From an uncultured Bacteroidaceae bacterium (GTDB lineage Bacteria; Bacteroidota; Bacteroidia; Bacteroidales; SM23-62): DNA of 64,000 nt. The notes below the pieces were generated by a model. It was not told the origin of the DNA, made no database searches, and saw only the letters and a list, made by a program, of their open reading frames with translations. Below are positions 1 to 8,964 of this stretch, in pieces (position 1 is the first letter of the stretch; the number at the start of each line of letters is the position of its first letter). Location: positions 282 to 64,281 of the forward strand of contig CAYOPZ010000014.1 of the NCBI GenBank assembly GCA_964406005.1. Reading direction: 5' to 3'. The translations under genes were made by a program, and so were the position numbers.

Positions 1-2
1 TC

Positions 3-35
3 AGCGCCGATGGTACTGCGTTTGCGGAAGAGTAG
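3..35 (+). CDS. 3' end of an unidentified upstream gene (partial, ...SADGTAFAEE*)
   Basis: Forward frame is open from the window edge and stops at TAG 33-35, 19 nt before the intrinsic terminator at 54-84. Too short to identify. Confidence 0.2.
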   Translation, partial: SADGTAFAEE

Positions 36-53
36 GTCGTCGCCGACTTTCAC

Positions 54-84
54 AACCCCGGTTCTTTCCGAGCCGGGGTTTTTT
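54..84 (+). terminator. Rho-independent terminator
   Basis: AACCCCGG (54-61) pairs with CCGGGGTT (73-80): 8-bp stem, 11-nt loop, T-run 79-84. Confidence 0.6.
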
Positions 85-179
85 AATGGTTTCTGGCGGG
101 CAGGTATAAAATCACAGCGGCAGATCATCTGGCTGAAAACAGGTTCGTCCGCTGCTTTGCAATGAAACTCGCAGCCGTT

Positions 180-3100
180 TTACCTGACAATCATCCTGGA
201 TGTGGATACCCCCTGGTTGACAACCAGCCTCAGAGTGTAAACCCCGCTGCTCAGGGCGGAAGCATTATATTCTATTCTGTGGCTTCCTCCACTCTGTTTA
301 TCCGAATTGACAATTATATCCACCATGCGTCCCATCTGGTCGAATATGGTCAGTTGAACATTCGATTCCACAGGCAATTCATAGACAATATAAGTAATGT
401 CCCCGAATGGGTTGGGATAATTGCCCAGCAGATACGTGTTGTTCATGTATCTGTCAGATACTGTTGATGCGCTTCCGACAGTCACGGCATTACAGCTTGT
501 GTCCGAGGCACCGGTAACAGGGTCTGAAATTGCCAGGCAGACCTGGTAAGTACCGGGTTCTGTATAAACATGGGCAGGTCTGAGGGAGGTTGTATCAAGG
601 GTTCCATCACCGAATGACCATTTCAGTTTGCCGGCATCACCAAGTGATACACCAATGAAATTAACTGGATAGTACCCGTTTTTAAGGGTTGAGCTGTCTA
701 TGTCAAAATCAAAATCCACCTGAAGCCCCGAATTTCCTTTGGACACATTTATCAATTCAGCATGTTTTCCGGTGCAACCGGTTGATGTGTTCTTTATGCG
801 CAGTTTGATCAGGTAAAAACCGGGATCATCATAGCTGTGTACCGGATTACGGGTTTCTGATATGGAACCGTCACCGAAGTCCCAGGTCCACGAATCGGGT
901 TTGCCCTGTGACACATCCATGAAGGACACAATCATTGATGCACTGTCGACAGTGTAATAGAAATCCGCAAAGCAATTTTTCGGTTCTTCTGCGGGCAGGC
1001 GGACATAATCGCAGTGCGTGTTGGCTATGCCATACCTGTTGACCACGGTCAGGCAGGTCATATAATATCCGCCTGCCGGGTAAGTATGGCTCGTAATGTC
1101 GAAATCCGTTGAGTAAGTACCATCCCCAAAGTCCCAGACCCACTTCGCGACATCTCCCCTGGACCGATCCTTGAATCTGACTTTTAAAGAACCCGGATCA
1201 TTCCGGTAAATATAATCCGCGCGGCAGTCTATGCCCTCGCTTCCGATAAGAATAACCTCATCATGATAGTCCATGCATCCGCTGGCGGAATCAAATGTAT
1301 TCAGTCCCACGGTATAGTAGCCGGGCTGTGTAAATTGATGCTTCGGATTTTCCATGGATGAGATGCTTCCGTCCCCGAAAATCCATTGAAAGTCGGAAAT
1401 GGTCCCGATAGCTATCGGGTTGAAATAAGCCAGATTTTCGGAAGAATCCACGAAGTACTCGAAATCTGCGGAACAATCAATATTGCCCACCTGGATTTCC
1501 TTCATGTAATGGTCCATACATTGACCGGTAGCATCGATCACGGTCAGGGAAACATGATACAACCCAGGCCGGTCGTAAGTATGTGTAAATTCTTTCTCGG
1601 TTGAATAATTCCCGTCATCCAGATACCAGAAATACCCGGTGATGTTTCCCCTGGATTTGTCAATAAATTCCACAGTGTTTGTGCTTATGTCCGGGGAATA
1701 ATCGAACAGGGATCTGCAGTCGGCATTTCCTACCTGTATATATTCTGAATAGGAATCGAAACAATCAGTGATGTTATCATGAACAGCCAGGCTGATCAGA
1801 TAATACCCTTCTTTGTCATATCGATGGTCAGGATTCCGGGCAGTGCTGGTACTTCCGTCTCCGAAATCCCAGAACCAGGATATCCCGTCTCCCTGTGATT
1901 TATCCACGAATGATATGGAATTGCTGTCGGCATCAGTAAAAAATGAGAAGTCAGCTTTAATATTGCAGCCGGGTGTGCCAACCCGGATTTCGGTACAGGT
2001 TTGATCATGGTTGCCTGCTTCATCTCTTACAAACAGGCAAACAGGATAAACCTGTGTTTTATCATATTGGTGCGAAGTATCCTGTACCTGATCATGGTGG
2101 CCATCTCCGTATGTCCAGTACCAGGAAGAGATGTTGCCGCTTGACTGATCCGTAAAAGTTACCGTCCTTTCAGCCGTATCCACAAAATATATGAAGTCAG
2201 CGATCAGTTCTGTGGCTCCGGCCCTGATCCCGGTACAGAAGTCTGACTGACAACCTGAAATTGTATCACGGACTAACAGGCAGACCGGATATGTACCCGG
2301 CTCGTCAAATGTATGTACAGGATGCTGTAAGAAGGAATTATTCCCATCGCCAAAATTCCAGTACCATTTATTTGCGGTCCCCGCCGAGATGTTCGTGAAA
2401 CGAACTGTGCTGTCATTTTCATACTGGTAAGTGAATTCTGCAAAGCAACCGGTATTTCCGATTTCCAGTCTTTTACAACTTTTCTCCACGCAATCTCTCA
2501 TTGTATCTATCGCCACCAGGCAGACATCATACATCCCCGGAAGCGCGTAAACATATGAGGGATTTATATCATTAGCTATGCCACCCTCTCCAAAGTTCCA
2601 ATTGTATTGATTTGCGTCCGAAAGGTTTGTGAAATGCACAGTATCCCCGTTTATTTCATAAGAAAAGTCAACGGTGATGGCACAGGGATTCAGCCCAGGT
2701 TCCTCAATCAGGATGGCTTCATTCCACTGATTGCCCCCGGCATCCGTAACAATACATGAATACGTCCCCGCCATAAGAAAATTTATGTCCTCCGTGACGG
2801 CACCGTTGTCCCAGCTGTAAGTATATGGAGGTGTGCCCCCAGCCACAGTAAGGTCAACAGCACCGTCATGACCATTCGGGATTGTAACGTTCTTCCCGGA
2901 AAAGATGACCAGAAGAGAATCGGCGTAAATGGTCAGTGTATCGGTTGCAAGATCAGAATCACTGAATCCAAGGACATTCTTGTTTATTAGTATGCCAAAA
3001 GAATTATAGTCAGCTGTAAAGTCATTTCCATCAAATTCCAGATGGAGAATAGCCGTGGAGGGATCTGCATTGCTGATGCTGTCAATAGAAAGACCTGAAG

Positions 3101-6100
3101 GACCATTCTGAAGCGTGAAATCCAGCGGTGAAAGCAGATGGTAATTGATAAATGTGTCAACGTTCAGGGAAAGAATGATGCTTCTGTTATCAAGCTTATT
3201 TTCAAAAAGCAGGGAGTCCGGTGCAATATCTGCTGATGGCATGGGTGCCGAGATTTTAACATTGTTTGACTGTATGGTTGAAAACGGCAGACTTTTATTT
3301 CCTGCCTGGTCTGTAAGTATGATACTTACCTCCAAATTCCCTTCAGTTACGTTTTTATCGCCGGGTAAAACAGTGTATGATATGAGGTATATACCTCCTC
3401 CCATATCCCGGAATACGACATTTAAAGCGGTAATGAATACGCCGTTAACGGAAGTGGAATCCCCTGCCACATAGCCGGCTTCATCTGCGGTCAGGATTAG
3501 TTCGAGGGTTTCGCCCGGCATCAGTGAATCGTCCGTGGAAAGAATCACCGTAGCGGAAATGACCGGGGCATTGGCATCGATGGGATCATTGTCCTGGCTG
3601 ATGGGATTCTCCCAGATATTGCCCGAGACCGGTCCATTCATCAGTTGCAGCTCCGATACGGGGATATCCTCGTCTGCAGTGAAATCCATTCCGCCCTCCG
3701 TGATGCTGAAGCTGGTATGATAGGTTGTGTTGTCCAACCTGCTTAAAGAACCGACAGGATAGCCTCCTATGGTCCCCGAGTTCAGTGTAAATAAGGAGTC
3801 ATGGTCATCTTCAACAAAGATTGTCAGTAGAACAGTATCTCCTATTTTCATAGCCGTATCCGGTATGGAGATACCGGTGATAACCGGCTCGATCTCAGGA
3901 ATGACAGAAACCATGTTGGAGAGAAGTCCGTCCGAGAATGTCTGGATCAGTACCTCATGCCGGATGGAAACCCGGAGATCATTTATGACAGTGTCAAAAT
4001 CCGATCTGTCAAATCCAAGATAGAGTTCAACGCTGGCAGGCATCGCTTTCCCGATGCTATCAATGCTTAAACCGGGCGGCGCATTGATAAGAGTGAAATC
4101 TTCCGCATTGATGGAATCCGGATTAATAAACTCTTCTTCTGTAAGCGTTAGAGACAGATACCTGTCTTCCAGGATTGATTCGGCCAGAACGGAATCCGCA
4201 TCGATGTGGGCCATCGGATTTTCGACATAGGCGAGAATGTCCAAATCGCATGATGTAATTGCAGTATCGGCATACCTTAAATTTCCCGGCCTGACGGAGA
4301 CACTAAAATCTGATATATCCTCATCGAAGTCCCGGTATATGAACTGCAGGTTTAACCTGGCCCCGTCAAATGATTTATCCGTTACACTCTCAATGCTCAG
4401 GCCGGTCGGGGCATTGTTTAAAATAAAATCGTCCTGGTCAAGCGACCCGGGGTTAATGAATGAATCCTGTTCTACCGTAATGTTCAGGTACCGGAAATCA
4501 AGATCGTATTCGGCCATAATTGAATCAGGAGTGGCAGAAATAGCGGTAGGTTCCCTTGTGTAAGTGATGAACAGGGAATTGCTTATAAGTGGATTTTCAC
4601 TGTTAAACAGTTCAACGTTATCGATCTGCAACCTGAGATGTGGGTAGCTGATATCAAAGTCTGTACTGTCGAATGCAAGGTAAATGATTGAAGTTGAGGA
4701 ATCTGTATAAAAGATGGAATCGATCGTCAAGCCGGGAGGAACATACAGCAGGGTGAAATTCAACGGGTCAGGTGAAGTGTTAATAAAATAATCATTTGTC
4801 AGATTTGCAGTTAAATAATTGCCATCCAGATTGGATTCATCCAGAGCTGTCCCGGGGGTAATATGCAGAAGTGGATGAGGTTCCATTAAATATGTTATGG
4901 TCAGACTGTTACTTGTTACCGGGAAGGGACTGAAGAACAGTTCCATTGTATCCACTGTTACGTAAAAATCGGAATACACGGAATCAAAATCAGTTCCGTC
5001 GAAAGCCAGTTCAATGATTGCCTCTGCAGAATCCGTAAAAGTAACGGATTCTATCGTCAGACCGGAAGGGCCGTTATTCAGCATGAAATGAACCTGATCG
5101 AGCATTGAATCCTGAAAAATCACTCCGCCTTTAAGTTCCAGGATAAGATAATTGCTGTCGAGATTTGACTCGTCAAGGTCCGTTCCCGGTGTAATTATGG
5201 CCATTTCGGTTTCGTCGACGGCCGTTATTGTCAATGCATTGCTTGTGAGCGGAGCCGTGCTGCGGACCAGTTCTGTCGTATCTATGGTAAGAGAAAAACC
5301 GCTGATGTCCGTATTGAAATCCGTGCCGTCAAAGTTCAGGTATATCAAGGCAGAAACCGTGTCAATATATTCGATTGAATCTATCGTCAAACCTTCGGGT
5401 GCATTGTTCAGGTCAAAGTTCACATAGTACAGAAAAGCATCCCTGAATAATTCGTTTGTGAGATCCACGGTCAGATGATTTGTATCCAGGGTGGATTCCA
5501 TTAATGTGAACCCCGGTGTGATTGTTAATTCCGGTGCGTCTTCATCAACGGCTGAAATAACCAGGCTGTCGCTTGTAAGGGGGGCAGTACTGACAACCAG
5601 CTCGGCTGTATCGATGGTGACAGAAAAATCCGGGATGTCCGTATCAAAATCTGTACCGTCAAAAGCCAGGAATATCAGGGCAGTAGAGGGTGTCGTACAG
5701 TATACTGAATCCATTATCAAACCCGGGGGTGCATGGTTCAAGAGAAAATTAAATGTATCCAGTTCGTTATCCCTGAATTGTTCATGATACAGATTCACTT
5801 CAATCGTGTTTCCGTCCAGATTCGACTCGCTCAGTTCTGTCCATGGGTCCAATACGGCCCTGGGTTCATGGTAGGCTGAAATGGTTAAGGTGTTGCTTAT
5901 CAGCGGGGATGTACTGTACGATAATTCAACCGGGTCAATGCTTACCGAGAAATTTGCATATACTGAATCAAACCCGGTCCCGTTAAAGGCCAGGTCTATG
6001 ATTGCACGGGATGAATCCGCAAATGTAACCGTGTCTATTGTAAGGCCCGGAGGTTGACCGTTAAAAATGAAGTTGCCGGCATTGAGTATGGAATCGCTGA

Positions 6101-6584
6101 AGATTTCATTAATAAGATCCAAGATCAGTATATTCCCGTCCAGGTTGGTATCGACAAGGGGAATGGCCGGAGTAATAGTGGCTATGGGAGCCGTTTCATC
6201 GATAGCGGTTATTGTCAAGGTATTGCTTATAAGCGGATTTTCACTGAAGATCAGTTCGGTTGTATCGATTGTGACAGAAAAATCCGTGATGTCCGTGTCA
6301 AAATCTGTACCGTCAAAAGCCAGATCAATTACGGCCAACGAGGAATCGGAGTAAACAATATATTCGATATCAAGACCGGGGGGTGCATTGTTCAAAGTGA
6401 AGCTGATCTGATCAAGCGTAGAATCCATAAAAAAATCACCTGTTAAAACAATGGTGATATGATTGCTATCCAGATTGTATTCATCCAGGTCTGTATCCGG
6501 TATCAGCGTTGCGCTTTGTCCGAAAGAGAGCAAAAGATGAAACAGGAAAGGAATAATCGGAAACAGGCGTTTAGGGGCTGACAT
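180..6584 (-). CDS. Giant T9SS-secreted cell-surface adhesin (2134 aa)
   Basis: Signal peptide MSAPKRLFPIIPFLFHLLLSFGQSA. Nine copies of a ~110-aa module (LNNAPPGL[TS]ID...AFDGTDFD...SN[ST]LTI). Two Big-like domains. One SprB-type repeat (GGTPPYTYSWDNG...GTYSCIVTDAGG). Nine PKD domains (W.WDFGDG...NP.H.Y..PG.Y.V.L). C-terminal T9SS type A sorting domain. Confidence 0.9.
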   Translation of the reverse strand: MSAPKRLFPIIPFLFHLLLSFGQSATLIPDTDLDEYNLDSNHITIVLTGDFFMDSTLDQISFTLNNAPPGLDIEYIVYSDSSLAVIDLAFDGTDFDTDITDFSVTIDTTELIFSENPLISNTLTITAIDETAPIATITPAIPLVDTNLDGNILILDLINEIFSDSILNAGNFIFNGQPPGLTIDTVTFADSSRAIIDLAFNGTGFDSVYANFSVSIDPVELSYSTSPLISNTLTISAYHEPRAVLDPWTELSESNLDGNTIEVNLYHEQFRDNELDTFNFLLNHAPPGLIMDSVYCTTPSTALIFLAFDGTDFDTDIPDFSVTIDTAELVVSTAPLTSDSLVISAVDEDAPELTITPGFTLMESTLDTNHLTVDLTNELFRDAFLYYVNFDLNNAPEGLTIDSIEYIDTVSALIYLNFDGTDFNTDISGFSLTIDTTELVRSTAPLTSNALTITAVDETEMAIITPGTDLDESNLDSNYLILELKGGVIFQDSMLDQVHFMLNNGPSGLTIESVTFTDSAEAIIELAFDGTDFDSVYSDFYVTVDTMELFFSPFPVTSNSLTITYLMEPHPLLHITPGTALDESNLDGNYLTANLTNDYFINTSPDPLNFTLLYVPPGLTIDSIFYTDSSTSIIYLAFDSTDFDISYPHLRLQIDNVELFNSENPLISNSLFITYTREPTAISATPDSIMAEYDLDFRYLNITVEQDSFINPGSLDQDDFILNNAPTGLSIESVTDKSFDGARLNLQFIYRDFDEDISDFSVSVRPGNLRYADTAITSCDLDILAYVENPMAHIDADSVLAESILEDRYLSLTLTEEEFINPDSINAEDFTLINAPPGLSIDSIGKAMPASVELYLGFDRSDFDTVINDLRVSIRHEVLIQTFSDGLLSNMVSVIPEIEPVITGISIPDTAMKIGDTVLLTIFVEDDHDSLFTLNSGTIGGYPVGSLSRLDNTTYHTSFSITEGGMDFTADEDIPVSELQLMNGPVSGNIWENPISQDNDPIDANAPVISATVILSTDDSLMPGETLELILTADEAGYVAGDSTSVNGVFITALNVVFRDMGGGIYLISYTVLPGDKNVTEGNLEVSIILTDQAGNKSLPFSTIQSNNVKISAPMPSADIAPDSLLFENKLDNRSIILSLNVDTFINYHLLSPLDFTLQNGPSGLSIDSISNADPSTAILHLEFDGNDFTADYNSFGILINKNVLGFSDSDLATDTLTIYADSLLVIFSGKNVTIPNGHDGAVDLTVAGGTPPYTYSWDNGAVTEDINFLMAGTYSCIVTDAGGNQWNEAILIEEPGLNPCAITVDFSYEINGDTVHFTNLSDANQYNWNFGEGGIANDINPSYVYALPGMYDVCLVAIDTMRDCVEKSCKRLEIGNTGCFAEFTYQYENDSTVRFTNISAGTANKWYWNFGDGNNSFLQHPVHTFDEPGTYPVCLLVRDTISGCQSDFCTGIRAGATELIADFIYFVDTAERTVTFTDQSSGNISSWYWTYGDGHHDQVQDTSHQYDKTQVYPVCLFVRDEAGNHDQTCTEIRVGTPGCNIKADFSFFTDADSNSISFVDKSQGDGISWFWDFGDGSTSTARNPDHRYDKEGYYLISLAVHDNITDCFDSYSEYIQVGNADCRSLFDYSPDISTNTVEFIDKSRGNITGYFWYLDDGNYSTEKEFTHTYDRPGLYHVSLTVIDATGQCMDHYMKEIQVGNIDCSADFEYFVDSSENLAYFNPIAIGTISDFQWIFGDGSISSMENPKHQFTQPGYYTVGLNTFDSASGCMDYHDEVILIGSEGIDCRADYIYRNDPGSLKVRFKDRSRGDVAKWVWDFGDGTYSTDFDITSHTYPAGGYYMTCLTVVNRYGIANTHCDYVRLPAEEPKNCFADFYYTVDSASMIVSFMDVSQGKPDSWTWDFGDGSISETRNPVHSYDDPGFYLIKLRIKNTSTGCTGKHAELINVSKGNSGLQVDFDFDIDSSTLKNGYYPVNFIGVSLGDAGKLKWSFGDGTLDTTSLRPAHVYTEPGTYQVCLAISDPVTGASDTSCNAVTVGSASTVSDRYMNNTYLLGNYPNPFGDITYIVYELPVESNVQLTIFDQMGRMVDIIVNSDKQSGGSHRIEYNASALSSGVYTLRLVVNQGVSTSRMIVR
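183..446 (-). other. T9SS type A C-terminal sorting domain (Por secretion tail) of the adhesin
   Basis: Last 88 aa: NYPNPFGDITYIVYELPVESNVQLTIFDQMGRMV...SSGVYTLRLVVNQGVSTSRMIVR, the typical TIGR04183-like pattern. Confidence 0.8.
447..2681 (-). repeat. Array of nine tandem PKD domains (79-92 aa each), coding
   Basis: Nine segments with F.D.S.G....W.W.FGDG..S....P.H.Y...G.Y.V.L.V.D...C, each bounded by Cys. Boundaries counted by hand from the translation. Confidence 0.8.
3873..6503 (-). repeat. Eight tandem copies of an unassigned ~110-aa module (ninth copy at 2901-3230), coding
   Basis: Periodic motif L[DE]ESNLDGN ... F.LNNAPPGL[TS]IDS[VI] ... A.I.LAFDGTDFD.D[IY].DFSV.[IV]D..EL......P[LV][IT]SN.LTI.A. 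aa 28-904 divides into eight units of ~110 aa. Confidence 0.75.
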
Positions 6585-6748
6585 TCTGTTTACATTGTAT
6601 ACTGATTATACTTCAGGATTTTGGGATCGATAATGCTTCCTGATATAAAGTTATAAAAAGGACAATTGAAATTCAATATGCCAGCCCACCATTTTATATG
6701 AACAGCAGGTGAAAAATAAGCAACATTCAATTTGAGGCGTTAGGAAAC

Positions 6749-6830
6749 CATATCCCGAAGTTTAGCGTACGATGCTGTCTGAGCCCCGTTCGACGGGGCG
6801 GGTTGCATTGTGCAGCAAGGAAGGGATATG
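6749..6830. other. Candidate structured RNA or nested inverted-repeat element in the 379-bp divergent intergenic region
   Basis: Three nested helices. CATATCCC (6749-6756) pairs with GGGATATG (6823-6830). TGCTG (6773-6777) pairs with CAGCA (6813-6817). GCCCCGT (6783-6789) pairs with ACGGGGC (6793-6799) around a 3-nt loop. No ORF covers it. Strand undetermined. Confidence 0.3.
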
Positions 6831-6951
6831 ATTTTAGCCGGAAAATTGCAGTTGCGGTTTTTCGCCTGTCGTTCATTCAGGGATAAGCCGGCAGGGAGAA
6901 CCCCGGGATTCACTAAACGGGAGGATTTTCCGTTATAAATAATAATTCCGC

Positions 6952-6959
6952 TAAATTTG
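6952..6959 (+). promoter_or_regulatory. Candidate Bacteroidota -7 promoter box (TAAATTTG) for the 649-aa outer-membrane protein gene
   Basis: Exact TAnnTTTG match only 4 nt upstream of ATG 6964. This would imply a leaderless or near-leaderless mRNA. Confidence 0.3.
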
Positions 6960-6963
6960 GGAC

Positions 6964-8913
6964 ATGAAGCAGATCCGAATTCTTATCCTGGCACTGGCTG
7001 TCCCATACCTGGCCCTGTCCCAGGAAGTTCCGGACTCGACTCCCGCCTTTGTAAAGACATGGATACTTACAGAGGATTTCACCACAATACAGGACTTTCA
7101 TTTCGATACGATACAGACGGGTTTCCAGATCTTCAACCCCGTGTACAGGAACAGCATCTCGAACGCATATCTGGGCAATCTCGGGTTACAGAGCCGTAAC
7201 AATTTGTATTTCAATAATGACAGGCAACCCGGATTTTTTTTCCTGAGTCCCTATATTCCCTACCTCTATACCCCTGAAAAAACGATGTACTATAATATCA
7301 CAAAACCCTTCACCATGCTGGAATACTATACTACCTCAACAGGGGGGGTGAAAGAAGAGAAGGAGGAGGTGTTCCATGCGGTGCACACACAGAATATTAA
7401 TCCCTATCTGAATATGGGATTCGACCTCAGGCTGCTTTCCTCGGGAGGGAAATATGCAAACCAGAAGGGGAAGGTTACGAATTTCACGTTTTTCGGGTCC
7501 CGTACGGGAAAGGATTATACTGTGCATTCCAGCTTTCATTTCAATGGATTCAACGCACAGGAAAACGGTGGGCTCAACGGTGACAGCCTTTTTATAAATT
7601 CCGACAAAGAAGAGAATGAATATGATGTCAATCTTGAAGAAGCCACTTCCGGGATCAGGTCAATAACCTACCATCTTACCCAACGATATCGTTTCGGGAA
7701 GATGACGGAAGTTGAGGACAGCACCAGTAAAACAGGATTCAGCAGATTGCGTGACAAAACTGCCAAAACGGGTTCCATCGTACATACACTGGTCTATGAC
7801 CGGGGCTACCGGGAGTACCTGGATCCCCTGGCAGGCAGCAATCCTGATTTTTACCCGGCCTTTTATATTGACAGCATTGAAACATATGATTCCACTTTTT
7901 ACCGTTCACTGACCAACACGCTGCAGTTGATGCTGGATGAAAATCCCAACCGGGATCATGATTTCGGGGCCAGGGTGTTTGTTTCGCACGAATGGGTACG
8001 CTATGCCTATAATACGGCGCCCGATTCCAGCTTCCGGGGGAACGATACGATTGTTGCTGATAATAAATCCTGGCAGTACGGGAATGTGCAAATCGGGGCA
8101 AGCGTTCTCCATACCGTAGGAACAGACTGGAACTGGGTTTTTCAGGGCAGGTTCTACCCCCTGGGATACAGGGCGGGAGATCTGATACTGAAGGGCGAGA
8201 TCACCAGGGTGTTTCAGGGTAAACCGGGTGAATCCCGGATACGTATTTCAGGGGAAATGTCAATAGAAGAACCGGATCATTTTACGGAACATTATGAATC
8301 AAATCATTACAAATGGGATAATGAATTCCGGAAAGTCAAGGAAATTCACGGGTCATTGCAGGTAAGCAACGAGGCCATATCGCTTTCCGCGCATGCCGAT
8401 ATGTCCCTGATTTCCGGCTGTGTTTATTTCAACCAGCAGGCTCTTCCCGTTCAGTACAATCCGGCGATTACCCTGATCGGTTTTGATGTAGGCAAGAAGT
8501 TCAGGCTCGGTCCCTTTCATTCCGATCACAGGGCCGAATATTTGTTCATAAGCAACAGGGATGTGGTAAGAATGCCCGATCTCTCCTACTACACCTCCGA
8601 TTATTTTGCCTTTCCTCTCGTACGGAATGTCCTGAATGTGGAGCTGGGATTCGACCTGTATTACTATACGAAATACAGGGGGCTTGCATACGCACCCTCT
8701 TCGGCTGTTTTTTATGCCCAGGAGATCAGGGAAATAGGGAATTATCCCTATATGAACCTTTTCATGACAGCGAAACTGAAAAGGACGCGTTTCTATATAA
8801 GATGGGACCATGTTTATGCAGGAATGATTAAAAAGAATTATTTTCATGTATTGAATTATCCGACACCCGGAAAGGTTTTCAGGTTTGGTCTGTCATGGAC
8901 TTTCTATGATTAG
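6964..8913 (+). CDS. Outer-membrane beta-barrel protein, putative porin family (649 aa)
   Basis: Signal peptide MKQIRILILALAVPYLALSQE. Aromatic-rich alternating beta-strand pattern throughout. C-terminal FRFGLSWTFYD. Length and composition resemble the Bacteroidota 'putative porin' (Porin_10-like) family. Family assignment is from memory. Confidence 0.7.
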   Translation: MKQIRILILALAVPYLALSQEVPDSTPAFVKTWILTEDFTTIQDFHFDTIQTGFQIFNPVYRNSISNAYLGNLGLQSRNNLYFNNDRQPGFFFLSPYIPYLYTPEKTMYYNITKPFTMLEYYTTSTGGVKEEKEEVFHAVHTQNINPYLNMGFDLRLLSSGGKYANQKGKVTNFTFFGSRTGKDYTVHSSFHFNGFNAQENGGLNGDSLFINSDKEENEYDVNLEEATSGIRSITYHLTQRYRFGKMTEVEDSTSKTGFSRLRDKTAKTGSIVHTLVYDRGYREYLDPLAGSNPDFYPAFYIDSIETYDSTFYRSLTNTLQLMLDENPNRDHDFGARVFVSHEWVRYAYNTAPDSSFRGNDTIVADNKSWQYGNVQIGASVLHTVGTDWNWVFQGRFYPLGYRAGDLILKGEITRVFQGKPGESRIRISGEMSIEEPDHFTEHYESNHYKWDNEFRKVKEIHGSLQVSNEAISLSAHADMSLISGCVYFNQQALPVQYNPAITLIGFDVGKKFRLGPFHSDHRAEYLFISNRDVVRMPDLSYYTSDYFAFPLVRNVLNVELGFDLYYYTKYRGLAYAPSSAVFYAQEIREIGNYPYMNLFMTAKLKRTRFYIRWDHVYAGMIKKNYFHVLNYPTPGKVFRFGLSWTFYD

Positions 8914-8964
8914 CAGGGCCTGTCTGCCTGGGGAGCTGTTGACGGGAAATCTTAAATCGTTTAC

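Noticed and set aside
447-6503. Periodic repeats in the adhesin (and at 28443-30140 in the type B cargo) considered as CRISPR-like or satellite arrays.
   Set aside because: The periodicity is ~240-330 nt, lies within one continuous ORF, and is conserved at the protein rather than the DNA level. These are domain repeats. No short direct repeats with unique spacers exist anywhere in the window.
6749-6830. The 8-bp terminal inverted repeat CATATCCC/GGGATATG as the boundary of an invertible promoter (inverton).
   Set aside because: The arms are much shorter and the enclosed segment (66 nt) much smaller than known Bacteroides invertons. No recombinase gene is nearby, and the nested inner helices fit an RNA fold better. 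It is kept as an alternative in the corresponding finding.
6913-7101. A 62-aa minus-strand ORF and other 60-130-aa ORFs scattered through the intergenic and antisense regions (for example 162-467 and 6054-6446).
   Set aside because: They overlap well-supported genes or the porin start, and have no signal, motif or promoter support. They are consistent with random ORFs.
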